Source: Intoshia linei (Eukaryota; Animalia; Orthonectida). From it: 44,589 nucleotides of DNA. Below are positions 12,801 through 25,393 of this stretch, one piece after another. A program made the position numbers and the translations under genes. Below the pieces are notes generated by a model. The model had not been told where the DNA came from. It was given only the letters and a program-made list of their open reading frames with translations, and did no database searches. Position 1 is the stretch's first letter. Each line of letters begins with the position of its first letter. Location: positions 1 through 44,589 of the forward strand of contig LWCA01000171.1 of the NCBI GenBank assembly GCA_001642005.1. The letters are read 5' to 3'.

Positions 12801-15800
12801 TATCATCTTTATCAATAAATGACTATATCTGACTAATATCAAAAACACATAGACCGAGAGGCACAGTCTTCTGGAAACTGTTACTTTATATAAGTTAGGA
12901 TAATGTGAAAAAATATATTCTTGGGAACGTGCACAATCGGTAAAACTAGCTACTGATGGTATGAAGTAAAAAACAGATAAGCTAGTTTGACAATATATCA
13001 ATTTTCAATGTTCGGAGAATGTATTTACATGTCATATTAGTAATCTTAACTAAGAAGGGCACAACATATCCACTTATCTTGTAATTCCGAAATTAATTTG
13101 TCCTTTTAATCATTATGATTGAATCCCTAAAGTACCTGACTGTATTTTGTGTAACACTAATTTTCATAATCTGTCTCATTTTTATATTTAATTATATTTT
13201 ATCATAGGGTGCCATATTTTTATTTTGCAAGGCACGAATTGAACTGACAAGTAGACATATAGAAAAGGTAATATACTTGATATTAGAGATGAGCAATTTG
13301 TTTGGTTTCAAAGTTTATATTTTGGCGTTAAATAAATCATGATTTGTTACCTCAATTTGATTATTTATTAATAGTATATTAGGCCATTAGATTATATTAT
13401 GATTCTCTAAAATCTCAAAATACATCGAAATCGTTACATTGCATTTGTTATTGGGAGCTCATGTGGATTTATTCGTTTATAATTATGTTAATTAATCTAT
13501 AAATATTTCTAGTTTACGATGTGATTGGTTTATAGCTGTTAAATTTGCAGATAGACTTGTTCAATTCAGTTCTTGGAGCAAGATAACTTACTGTTATTTG
13601 GAAGCTATTTTCCTTTTGCAGTCGGATGATCAATCCCAATCTGTTGTCAATAAAATTAAAAAATTGATGGAGTAATTTATTACTAGGAAATAGTTATAAT
13701 AATTATTTTAGCATGATCGGTTAAGTATTGCTAATCACAATACTTTGTCGTGTCACAATTTGTGACATGGTTTTTTTAATTTTTGAAATTTAGTCATTTT
13801 AAATTGCAACTTGCAACCTGTTTTAGAATTCAAGAATGATTATATAATATTTATATCATCTTTTTGTAATGGATTTTGTACGTATACGTTAATGTACTGT
13901 AAGGGTAAGGTACATACAATCGAGAAAAATAATATTTTTTCAATTAATGAATTAATTATTTCGATTATAATTATAAATATTACGATTAATCCCTTTTTAA
14001 TTAATCAGAATTATTTGAAAAACGTTTTTTCACTTTTTCGAATAATTAGGAACAGGGATTGGAATTAATTGATTGCAACCAATTTAATTGCAATTAATTG
14101 GTAAATGAAAAAATATTTTTCAATTAATTGCTATATGAAAAAAAATTCAATTAATTGAAGATTGATAACAATATCATAATCATTTTTAAAAAACTGTGAT
14201 GTGGTTATAATGAATACTAGGATACTGTTTGTTCGAAGTAGATAAAAGTCAAGCTAGTAGGTTAAATGCATCATTTTTCTGTTCATTAATTAATTTTTCA
14301 TTTAACTATTGGTCAATAAAAGGATTCAATTTATATTATTTCAGTTATATGAAAAAAACCAATTATTTTCAATCCCTGATTAGGACTGCCTAATAGGAAA
14401 AAATAAACTCAACTGAATAAGCAAAAACCGATCAAATTCTTAGATACTATTATATCGTACAATGTATAAAAACACAATAAATTAACGGGGTTCATGTAGA
14501 CCCCAGGGATTCACAGAAGTTTTTGGATCCATGAAAAATTTTATAGTAAAATTATTTAGAGAAATAAATAAGTGAAAAAAGTTATTTCGGCAATGATAGT
14601 AAATATTTCTAATTAACGTCATCTAAATTAATATTTTTTTTTCACTACGACTAAATTTAAGTGAATTTTTTAATTATTCCGTATAAACGTAAAAACAATA
14701 ATCCTGTATCCTTTACTTATACATGAATGTTATGTATAAAATTGAATGTCTGTGTATGTTATACCGTATATTAAAAAAATTGGCAGTCGTAGAATTTCTA
14801 ATATAGTTTGTCCTGGTGCGTGTTTATATCTATTTTTAAGTTTCCGAGTTTAAGTTCTTACGGGACAACCCAATTTGCCTTTTTGTTTAAAAATAAAATT
14901 ATCCTAAAAATGTATAAAACAAAAATTCTGGGATAGTTTTTAAAATCATTAGCATTATAATAAATGGCAACCTCAAAAAAGTGTAGTTTCACGACCAAAA
15001 CCCAAGATTGTGAATTATTGTTATTGACTGGTTTATATATTTGCAATTGAAACATATTTTTATTTGGTCATTCTTATTGTAGCTTATTGATTGCATTTTA
15101 TCTTGTAAATAAAAATACATACATACAAATACTTGTAAATAGTGATATACATGTGTATTATACCTTGTCAAATTTAGATATATTCCATTGAAAAGACGTA
15201 AAATTGCAGGAAAATCCATCCCATCCGAAAAATTTATCATTCAAAAAACTGAAAGACACAATTCTGGATCTAAATTACCTGTACCAGCCATCGTAATCAT
15301 TTAAAATTAGTTTCATATTATTTACTTGCTTGACTTTTTTATACTTATAGTTTTCACCGGGAATGTCTAGATTTATAGGGTTGAAATTTTGTATCTATAT
15401 CAACTGGAATAATCTGTATCATAATATTCTTTTTTCTGTTTTATAATTCTAGGATCGTTAATTATTTGAAATTTTTTGTTTTACATGATAGTTTTTGTGT
15501 TAATAAAATAATTTTCAAATAAAAAAATCAATACTAAAGTGTTTTTTAATCGTGAAGGAATCACTTTTTCGATTTAAATTTTTTGAGTGTATTAACTTGA
15601 TATAACTGTATCAGCTGTAATTTTAAAAATAAAATTCTAGGACTTTTCATTTTATAAAGAGTAATGTGTTGTTTTGATTGTAAAATGTATTTTTTTGAGG
15701 TTGCGATTATAATGATGATTATCATTCTAACAATTTTCCCAGAATTTATGTTTTATCAAATTTTGGGAGTTTTTTCATTTTTAATAAAAAGGGTAATTAG

Positions 15801-18046
15801 GGGTTTTTACCATGAAGATATACGTTTCTGAGGTTGAGATTTACGACAATGTTAATGAATTTCCAACTACAACTACAAGAATGTATGTTTTTCTCACTGA
15901 AGGATTAAATTTCGGAAATGAAACTTAAATATAAACATTGCCTGCAAAAAACTATTAAAAATTGAGTTATACGACTGTTAATTTTTTAAATAAACAGTAA
16001 CACACATGCATTCAATTTTATATAAGTAAAGGATGGAATAATAGTTTTACGATGCTAGCGAGAGTGATATTTATATCAAATTATTTATTCACAAATTTAT
16101 TTATTTACGTGGCTGATCAATAAAGCGGATTGAATTCGTGTTATCGTTTTTTTAATGATTATCGTTAGTCATGTGACATTAAATTCCTTTTCAATTAATT
16201 TACTCAGGGAGTACCTGAAATACCAATGTCCATATATCATATAAATAGTTTTATTATACCGGTATATTATATATAGGAATTTATCATCTCATAATTTGTA
16301 TACTCACTAAAAACTTTGAAAATTGCACTTTAATTCGTTGCATCCGTTTTCTACATACGTTAGGTTGAAAAAATATTAGTTTCAAACTTTATAATTGATA
16401 CAATTTAGGAAATGATGTACCTCTGGAACCAATTAGAAATGATTAAAGACAATTCAAAGCTAATTGATTCATTTTTAAATATCATAAAAAAAGAAAGAAA
16501 ATTAAACGATATCAATGATAAATATTATTACGATAATCTAGCTTTATTGGATTTACTCACTGGAGTTTGTCTCAGATTAAGTGGGGACACACACGGAGCA
16601 AAAAAATATTTTATTAGCGCCGCAACTGGGTAATGTTTTAAAATTTACATAATATCGATGAGTTGAATTGTTATTATTCTAAATAAGTGGTGCGAAACGG
16701 GAAATTATTACCAGGTCAGTCGTTTTTAATGAAACTGATTTAAGATATTTTTATTTTAAAATTTCACTTCTATTTGAGTATATTGAATGGTGCGTGACCA
16801 GTTCAACAATTAATAATGCTGCTTCCATTTAAAAAATATTTCTCAACTACATTTGTAGTGTACCACAAAAAATTGAAAACAAGCTATATACCATTTCACA
16901 GAGGGTCAGTTACATCAGTTGGTTCTGATTTGTACCGAAAATACTTTTTTTCTTAAATTTTTACTAAATATTTTGTATTTTGTTATTTACCTGTGCGCCA
17001 AAATTTTTTAATTACTTTCAACAGCACCCATTTAGTGATTGTTCCGGGAAAAAATTGAGACATACCTGTATTTGATTTATGTTTGTTATTACTATGAAAA
17101 TATGATTATATTATAATATTTAAAATTTACCATTTCAAAAATCCCACCACTAATAAAATTTAATCAAAAATACCATTGCAAGCCCTCATGGAAAAATTGA
17201 CTTACACCGATATTCTTTTCAAAAATCCAATTTTACGAAATCTTATGAAAAAAATCCACTTCATCAAACCACAAATAAAAAAATAAAATATATTTTTTTA
17301 AAACCTCTTATTCCAACCACAAATTACTAACGCTTAAGGGAATTATCTTCTTTTTCCAATATTATTTTGAAAAATATTATGAGTTGTTACGAACTGGAAC
17401 GCTATCATCAATATTGTTAAAATTGAAGAAATTTATCTACTGCTTCTAATTTCGTTACAAAACGTAGAACGCGTTTAAAAGACGAATCTATCAATATTAT
17501 GTGTGTTTTGAAACACTTTTTAAACAATCTAAAATAAATAATTTTTTTTCTAATTAAATTTGTAAATTTCAATCTAGATTCGTGTTATTTCACTAATTAA
17601 ATTTCTTTTTGTTTCTAAAATTAATTAAAGTCTCTAAAATTTTTAATGCTTCTATATTATATATGAATCAAAATTTTTTATTTGACGCGGGAAATTTGAT
17701 TTTTAATTTCCCGGAAATCACAATCACTACACCCATTGTAAAAAAGATTGAGAACTTTTTGTAAATTTTAAAGTATACAATGTCTCATAATTTAATATAT
17801 ATTTTTTTAGTAACAAAAAAATTACTGACACTTATATTGCACCATATTCTTTATTTGAATTAGCAAAACTTTACCTACAAGATGACACTGAAAGTGGTAT
17901 TGATCAAGCCTATGATTGTTACAACCAAGCAGCGTATTTTTATGTTTATTTTTATATTTTTGATTTATAGAGCTCATTCCAATTTTGCCTTACAGTCGCG
18001 TTTATTTTTTCGAATGAAGGCTTTTAAAACCAAATTGGAATTATAA
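9854..18046 (+). CDS. TTC39: Tetratricopeptide repeat protein 39 (TTC39/IML2 family), multi-exon
   Basis: Spliced exons give EEAHAELCYAELLMEQAFLSFMEDENLVAFVKGAYRIKKC (~10562-10695), VLRLFKFIGIRGDK, SLHCICYWELMW, SSWSKITYCYLEA, RKIAGKSIPSEKF (15178-15292), EMMYLWN, DTYIAPYSLFELAKLY, LQSRLFFRMKAF; stop TAA ends 18046. Confidence 0.92.
10718..11454 (-). mobile_element. Helitron-like termini in a TTC39 intron, interleaved with a hAT MITE (~10843-11798)
   Basis: On -: 5' A|TCCTTACTTATATAA at 11454 and 3' hairpin CTGTTTGTACGTAGTACATAACAG followed by CTAG|T at 10718; may be parts of two copies. Confidence 0.65.
14053..14378. mobile_element. hAT MITE in a TTC39 intron
   Basis: TIRs CAGGGATTG / CAATCCCTG; 8-bp TSD ATTAGGAA / ATTAGGAC (7/8 match); contains a Helitron-like 3' end fragment (~14217-14258). 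Confidence 0.8.
14709..15010 (+). repeat. 5' portion of the Helitron-like family
   Basis: Begins A|TCCTTTACTTATA...AAAATTGAATGTCTGTGTATG, similar to the ends at 16033 (-) and 33753 (+). Confidence 0.7.
15350..16033 (-). repeat. 5' portion of the Helitron-like family, inverted relative to the 14709 copy
   Basis: On - begins A|TCCTTTACTTATATAAAATTGAATGCATGTGTG; interior resembles 35640-36420 and 38290-38920. Confidence 0.72.
17033..17729 (+). mobile_element. Internally deleted hAT element retaining the transposase C-terminal dimerization segment
   Basis: TIRs TAGTGATTGT...TCCGGGAA / TTCCCGGAAATCACAATCACTA; perfect 8-bp TSD CACCCATT (17025-17032, 17730-17737); remnant ...RNLSTASNFVTKRRTRLKDESINIMCVLKHFLNNLK* at ~17427-17536. 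Confidence 0.88.
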
Positions 18047-18579
18047 AAAATAAAATTTTTATCATTAACTTATTTGTTCACTAATGGTTTATATGTCATT
18101 AAGTCATAGAGTACTTCTCGCTTTCATACTCAATCCACTTTCTCATTTTGATGAGTCTTACCTTTAAATGAATAAAAGGTTAGTAGTATTCGTGTATGGG
18201 CTTCTAATTGTATAAAATAATATAATATTTCGTAAGTATAATACTTTAAAATGAACCGATGGGTGGTACCTTTATTTACCCTTACCCTTATTATTATTTT
18301 TAATTATAAAAATTTAACACATTAATGCATACATTCTACCATAATCAAAAATAACACTTAAAATGTCAACAGATTCCTATTATAATCAGTGATCCAAGTC
18401 ATGTGGTCCCTTTAGAGCGTTGGTCTAGAACAGTAGTTGTCATTTTTTTTAGATTCGTTTCTCTGTAATACTGAATTATAATTGAATATATAAAAAATGA
18501 CATATTTTTAGATGTATAACATTTTCTATATTGAGTGTTTCCTTCCCAATGTAAGTCCTTCAGGGTCAAAACTACAAAT

Positions 18580-18900
18580 GACACTTTGTTTTAAAAATGA
18601 AACATTTCCTAAAGTTTTATATAACATACATTTTGTGATAGTTTTTAAAATCATGAATGGAAACCTCATAAAGTGCATTTTCACGAGAAATACCTAGATT
18701 ACCGCCTTAACGGTCAAAAAAGCACTTTAGTGTTTATTTTTTTTTTTGATTTCTAAATATTTTAAAAAAATAAAAAATGTGAAATAATTAACCATCCGAA
18801 AATTACAAAAAAAGATTATTCTGATACAGCTTATTCCAGTTTATATAAATACAATAGTGAAAACTCAGAAATCTACGTATTCCCGGTGAAAAATAATATA
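18580..18900 (+). repeat. Internal fragment of the Helitron-like family
   Basis: Collinear similarity to ~35980-36385 (GTTTTTAAAATCATG..., CACGGTCAAA..GCACTTTA, GATTATTCTGATA, CTCAGAAATCTAC). Confidence 0.65.
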
Positions 18901-19444
18901 TTATCAATATCTTTATTTTAATGTTAAAAAAAAAGCATTTTAAATAATATAGCAAAATTGCCATAAGGTAGACGATTCACCCATCGTTGAGAACGACTAG
19001 CGAGAATCTAGATATTTATATATCTTTATCAGTTAATTAGATAAAAATAGTCGTAATTAATTTAAAATTGAGTTTTTATATTAAAAGCTATTATCAAGTA
19101 AAATTAACGTTCAATTATGAAAAAAATAATAATTATTATAAAAAGAAAATCAGACATAAATTAAAAATATTTTAGTGTATTGGATGTATAATTCGCATTT
19201 ACAAGTGTAAATATGGACTAAGTTAAAACGATATTACACTACTACTTCTATAGGATTCCTAGTAGGAATTTTCTACTGAAAGATCATAAAAATAAAATCC
19301 ATCCTCATTACCATAGTTTAGTTTATTTGGATACTACAAATATTTGTATAAATAAAAATTGGCGCAAATGTTTACGATAAGAATGTTATCATAGCAATCA
19401 TTTACAATACAATCAATAATTACATTCGATATCATTGCGATTTA

Positions 19445-22400
19445 ATGTCAGAAACTAGATTAACTCGTTGTAGAAAGCGAAAACTGGAAGAATTAAACGA
19501 ATGCAGTCTCATGGATAAAAGCATTTTGGAAAATAACTTGAATACTAGCAAAGGTAATTTTATGAAATTAGTAACTTGTTTAATTTTGTACATACCATTA
19601 AGTTAGGGATTAACAAACTAATTAGCAATTACATTGAACATTGCTAATTTAAAATTTTTAGAAATGCTGTTGAATGGATCAAAACGTTTAAAGCGTACAT
19701 CAAAAGCGAGATTAAATGAAATATCAACAGATGAAAAATTTGTAAAAAATTCTATAAAAACACCCAAAACTGATTGTAAAAATTCCCAAAAAAAGTATCT
19801 TGATACAATATATGAAGATTTTGTAAAAAAAGGAACAAATACCAAAAAAATTGTAAATAGCATTGTCAACATGTATAAAAAAGACAAGGATAAAGCATTA
19901 TTGTCGGTTGTTCACTACTTTTTCAGAATAGCCGGTGGAATTAAAGTAATAACATTAGACATGTTGAAAACTATGGCGGTACCTGAATTGGTGCAGAAAC
20001 TTACCGTAAATTATGAAGAACAAGATGGATATTATCCAATTGTTTCAAATTTAACAAAATGGAAGGGCGTACGAAAAAACATTTCTGCATTTTGTTCTGA
20101 CTTGATTGAAGCTATTAAACATGAAATTTTATTTGATAAATACTTTGTCAAACAAATTTTGTCTATTTTGATGGGAATGACAGATTCCCAAGTTCGTGCT
20201 TTTCGGCATTCCAGTACTTTTTATTGTATGAAACTAATGACTCCGATGGTGAAAATTAAATGCGCTATGAAAAAAAAAATTGACTTGTCCTCCCAATCTA
20301 ACAGTTCCTTTTCGAACATTGAAAATTTGAAACGTTCTAGAGAAGATTTGAAAATTAATTTTGATATACTCGATGCTTACATCAACTGCATATTTCAAGG
20401 GGTTTTTGTAAACAGATATAGAGATTCCGTTTCCGATATTCGTTCAATTTGCATAGCTGAAATGGAACGTTGGATGGAATATGACCGATCAGAGTATTTG
20501 CAAGATTCATATCTGAAATATATAGGTTGGTTGCTGTTCGATAAAAGTGGTACAGTTAGACAAACGGCTTTACACGTTTTACATTACGTTTACAGTGATC
20601 CCAAAAATGTTAAGCTGTTATCCTTATTTTCCATGAGATTTAAGGATAGGTTCTTGGATATGATTTTAGACAAAGATAATTTTGTTAGGGTTGAATCAGT
20701 TTCAATTGTTACTCACATTATCGCACATTCACCAAATTTACTTTCGGATGATGACATAACTGGAATAATCAACCTAATTTATGTATCTCAACGCAATTTA
20801 GCTGTAGCTGCCGCAAATTTTTTGGATATTTATATAAAAAATATGATTTCATTAGAATGCGACGATTTAGACGAATCTATAAACCAATCAATTGATTCTG
20901 AAGGCGATGTAAGTTCCAAAAAAGATAAATTTGACACTTTTTATATTAAAAAGTTGATCAAATTTCTAGTTCAACATGGTCTTCCCTCACACACTTCATA
21001 TTTTGTCGACAGCATTTTAACTAATAATGATCAATTGATCAGATGGCATATTTTTATGAATCTCATCTTGGGTGAAAATACATTTGGAATTAAACTGTCT
21101 GATGCTGAAGAAATTCAAATTTTTGAAATTTTATACTGGTCTCTATATCAATCAACTACTGGTAATCAACCTGCTAACCGATCTGGCCAAAAACGCGCTC
21201 AAACTGCTAAAGATCAAAAAAGAATGCTAAAAAATAATGAAAACTTTTGCATTCAATTATTACCTCACGTTGAAAAACTTATTCTCATGTATTCCAATGA
21301 ACTCTCTATAATCACCAACATTATTAAAATTTTAATCCTCTGTAATCTTGATTATTGTCACATGTACACACAAAATATTTCACAAATTTTCAAAAAAATT
21401 AAGAAAACTATTTATTTGCACAACAATCAAAATCTCAACTATGCAGTAATCAATTTTATCAATCATTTAACTAATTCCAAAAATATTATTCAAGACCGCG
21501 CTACCAGTTTTAAACATTTGTTGATACAGGAATTTAAGAATAATTTTTATCAATTACAGCTCAAAATTAAAAATATTTATAATTCATCTTCAAATAAGGA
21601 ACAACAATATAGTGAATTGGAAAAATTAAAGTATGATTTGACTTCTTCTCTCAATAGAATAAAGTGTTTGGGTAAAAGTTTTAATATTTTTGAAAAAAAT
21701 CTTTTTGAATGTGTCATGTTTATTATGGATCTCGAATTTAATGATAAGGAATGGCAAGATGTTAATATTTTTTAACAATATTTTATTTAAATTTAGATTT
21801 TTTGTGATTGTATCAAAATTTGTCATATGAGTTTGTGTTGGGCTAGGTATGAAATGGAGTCTAATGAAGATGGTGTAATGTTTTTTTATATTTATAACTT
21901 ATTTAAGGCCGAATTAAATAAGTTCACGGGAAATTTTTTGAATCATCTGGCAAATTTTTATATAAAAAACTTTTTTCTGTTAAGTGTTTATATGGATTGG
22001 GTAAATTGGAAAAGGATTTTATATATGTTGTTTATGAAATTCTATTTTTACGTTGTAAAATTTGATAGAAAAAAGGTTCAAATTGTTATCTATTTTTAAA
22101 TCCGGAACCAGCAAAAATGTGACCGGCAGCAACCGGTTTCCCACTTTTACTTGATCTACGATATATACAGGCTAATTACTCGTTAACGAGGAATTTTTTA
22201 TAAATAATGTATACATTAAAATAGTTATTCCCGATTGGGGTTCGTGAGATTCAAATAAAATATAGAAAAATTTTTATCAACTTTTGTTAGGAGAAAATCC
22301 CACTTTTATAAGAAATTTTCCTACATTACCTATTAATAAGTAGACCCGGGCTCCCCTCTCCACAACCCTGATTAGTTCAAAACGTAGTTCCACATTTTAT

Positions 22401-23696
22401 AGTCGAATATTACTTATATGTATATAAACCTTATAGTGCACAATATATAAATATAATAATGTATGAATTAGGAAATCATCATATTTTTATCGAATAATGT
22501 TGGTAGATATCTAAAAAGATGTATTCTGTTATGTGAAAGCAAAATAAATACAATATCATGTGAAGTAAAGTTAATTTTAGTATTATTATACTGAATATTA
22601 TAGGCATTTTCGTCGATATGTGATATTATGATAATGTTTCGCTATACTACTGAACCCGACCAGATAAGTAAAATATCTTATGCACCAGATTTTGAATTTC
22701 AAAAGTCCCTTTTATCGTTTGTTAGGATCAACATATTTGATGCAGAAATTGCAAATGATGTGGAATCAGAAGGTAACCATAATTATATGGATAAAATGTG
22801 ACCATTTTGATTTAGATAAACCATTAAAAGATTTACGCCAAGAAAGATCATTTGCAATAAATAATAAAAGGACGTGTCTTGGAGGAATATGCAAAATAAT
22901 AATTTACAATATACTACCCTTCAAACATTCCAGTCTAATAATTAAACACTTTGGAGTGGTATTTAATGAATTGACTTGATTTAAAAAGTTTTTAGTTTTA
23001 TACGTATTACGGAGATATAATTAAGGATTTAATTATAAGATTAAGAGACATTGAACCGGAAGAATTGGCAAAATCTTTTTTTTCTGCATTTAGATCTGTA
23101 TTTTATTTTAAGTCATTTTTAATGTTGCATTTAGTTGTATGAAGATTGTCTCGATTTTCCTAGTGTAAAAACCAAAAAAATTATGAATGTAATATTAACG
23201 TTTTAAATTTTTTATTATTAATAATCTAGAATCTGTCTGGACATTTTATAGCGTGTTTAAACGTTGATTATAAAAAAATTAGAAAACCCATTGTTCTTAT
23301 TCACAGGTAATAAATTTTTAATAATTACTAATCCTAAATTTTAGAAAAATTATATTTTACGCAATTTCGTTTAAAAACGCAGAGGACGAAAAATCAAACA
23401 ATTTAAACATTTTGAGATATTTGGTCCCTTTTTCTCAAAAACTTGTAAAAACTGACAAATCATTTGTGTAATTTAGTCTTTTATATTTTTAAATGTAATT
23501 TAGATTGCATTTACTAATTGATAATATTCCCGATTATTGCACCCAAAAGAAAATGCCAGAGCAATACGAAAGCGTTGAAATGTACAAAAAAAGTTTGGCC
23601 ACTGGATCTATAAAATATCGTGAAGAGTTTGATTTGGTCGATGACGAAGAAAGTACAATTATTAACAATTTATTAGCAAAGGATGAACCTTCTTGA
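19445..23696 (+). CDS. STAG: Cohesin subunit SA/STAG (Scc3/stromalin), multi-exon
   Basis: Exon 1 MSETRLTRCRKRK (19445-19553) splices to the large exon at 19662; STAG/SCD motifs DSQVRAFRHSST, FQGVFVNRYRD, IRSICIAEM, YLKYIGWLLFDK, RFKDRFLDM; later exons AFSSICD, YYGDIIK; stop TGA ends 23696. Confidence 0.95.
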
Positions 23697-23813
23697 TTAA
23701 TGTAAATTTTTGTAATTGTAAATATGTAAAAATTGTACATTCTCTCATGATTAATGTAAATAAATTGATTTTTAATTGTATTAAAAAAATTTTTATAAAA
23801 AACCACGTTTACA

Positions 23814-25393
23814 TTATTCTTCCTAAACTTTAAAATTAACATATAATTTTATTTGTTTTTATAAACTTACATTATAATTTTCAATATCCATTAAATCTAA
23901 AAATTTTTTTTCAATTTTGGTAATCTCTATTTTTGCAAGTTGCCAATATGATTCAATATCTGTCAAACGAGGTTTATATTTTTCATCATCTTTCATGTTC
24001 ATAAACGATAAACACAACTCGCTAAATTTTTTTAATTTGTTGTTTATTAACAATTTGCAATGGCCAACTGCGACCCTAGCATCATCTTTATAGTTGTTGA
24101 TACAAATTGAATTTAAATTTAGGGTAGAAATGTTCAATAAATCTGTGCAATATGATTGTAAATTATTTACAGTTTGCAAGTGTAAATTAATCCAATAGTG
24201 TATATTTTTAACGTCCTTGGTAGTCGTTACGTACAGTTTGCTGTCACTTGATGCTTCAATTTTATTAGATTGCATACTATGAAAGCTATTGATAGGTTTA
24301 TCGAATCTACTGTGAATATCTGAATATGGAATATATCTACCGATTCCATTTGCTAATCTGGTTCGATTTTTGAATTGAGGACATATTTTATGTATTGATT
24401 CAATATTTGGTGTTGATTGAAACATTTCATTTGTAATGTTAGAAATAGGTTCGTTCCCGTTTATAGAACTAATGTTTTTAGAAATGTTGATATTGACACA
24501 TTCATCTGTGTGACCATTTTTGTACATTAAGCTGTTGGAATCATAAGATGGATCGTAACATTTTAAATGAGTGTCTCTTGATGCACTGGATGTCATTGAA
24601 CCGTTCATTGTGTCTAAATTTTGGATTATCATTTTTTAAAAAATAAAAACCTGATTCAGAATTTTTTCCATTCTTTATACCTAGAATGGATCTCATATTT
24701 TTAAAAGATTTTCGTATATTTGAAAAGATGTTGCTTTTAGAATTTTGGATTCCGTTTGAAGTAAATTTTTTTGTATGGCCATTTTCATTTAAAGTCTTAA
24801 TGTTTGGAGGACAAGTTTTGATTTTGGGGTTGAAGTGTAGAGGTGTAGAGTGCTTTACATTTTCATTATTTTGTAATTGATAACTATCGGAATTCAAATA
24901 ACCGTTTTTATTCTTATATTCTTTACAAGTTGATAATTCCTGAATTGAATTGCAACATTTACTATTTAATATGCTATCTAAAATTTATATATTTCAAAAG
25001 AGTAAATAATGGTAAAATTAAAAAATATAGAAGAGACGTTTTCAGCTAATAATTCATTTATTTTTTTAAAAATAAAAGATTTATCTTTAAAATGTTGCTT
25101 GTTTAAATCATAAATAAGATTTACGGAACTGATCAAAATAAAAAATTGTAATTTCTAATTTTTTGTGAATTATGGACCTTGAGGCTCGGAAACACTTAAA
25201 GACAAATAACAATACATTATATATTTTTATCATGTATTCAAAAACCTTCAAATTTAGAATCCACAATATTCTGACGAATTTGATTTTTAATTTCTATAAT
25301 ATTGACATCAATATAGTTTTTAAATGGATTAAGTTTAATTGGAGTTTGGCAATATTTTGTATTAAATTCTGTCGATTCTTTTAAAGCGGGCAT
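23814..25393 (-). CDS. GKAP-homology domain protein (DLGAP/SAPAP/HURP/vulcan family)
   Basis: Exons 25393-25246, 24977-24651, 24613-~23871 and a probable 9-nt last coding exon 23822-23814; a 37-nt intron (24650-24614) joins the two overlapping ORFs; C-terminus AVGHCKLLINNKLKKFSELC...PRLTDIESYWQLAKIEI..IEKKFLDL fits the GKAP homology domain. Start codon uncertain. Confidence 0.8.

Noticed and set aside
18095-18200. Possible minus-strand terminal exon (TACTAAC branch point, AG, VRLIKMRKWIEYESEKYSMT*)
   Set aside because: No convincing upstream donor, exon or start codon found, and no recognisable homology.
24541-24632. Programmed frameshift between overlapping ORFs 24541..24897 and 23859..24632
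   Set aside because: A 37-nt GT-AG intron (24650-24614) joins the frames.
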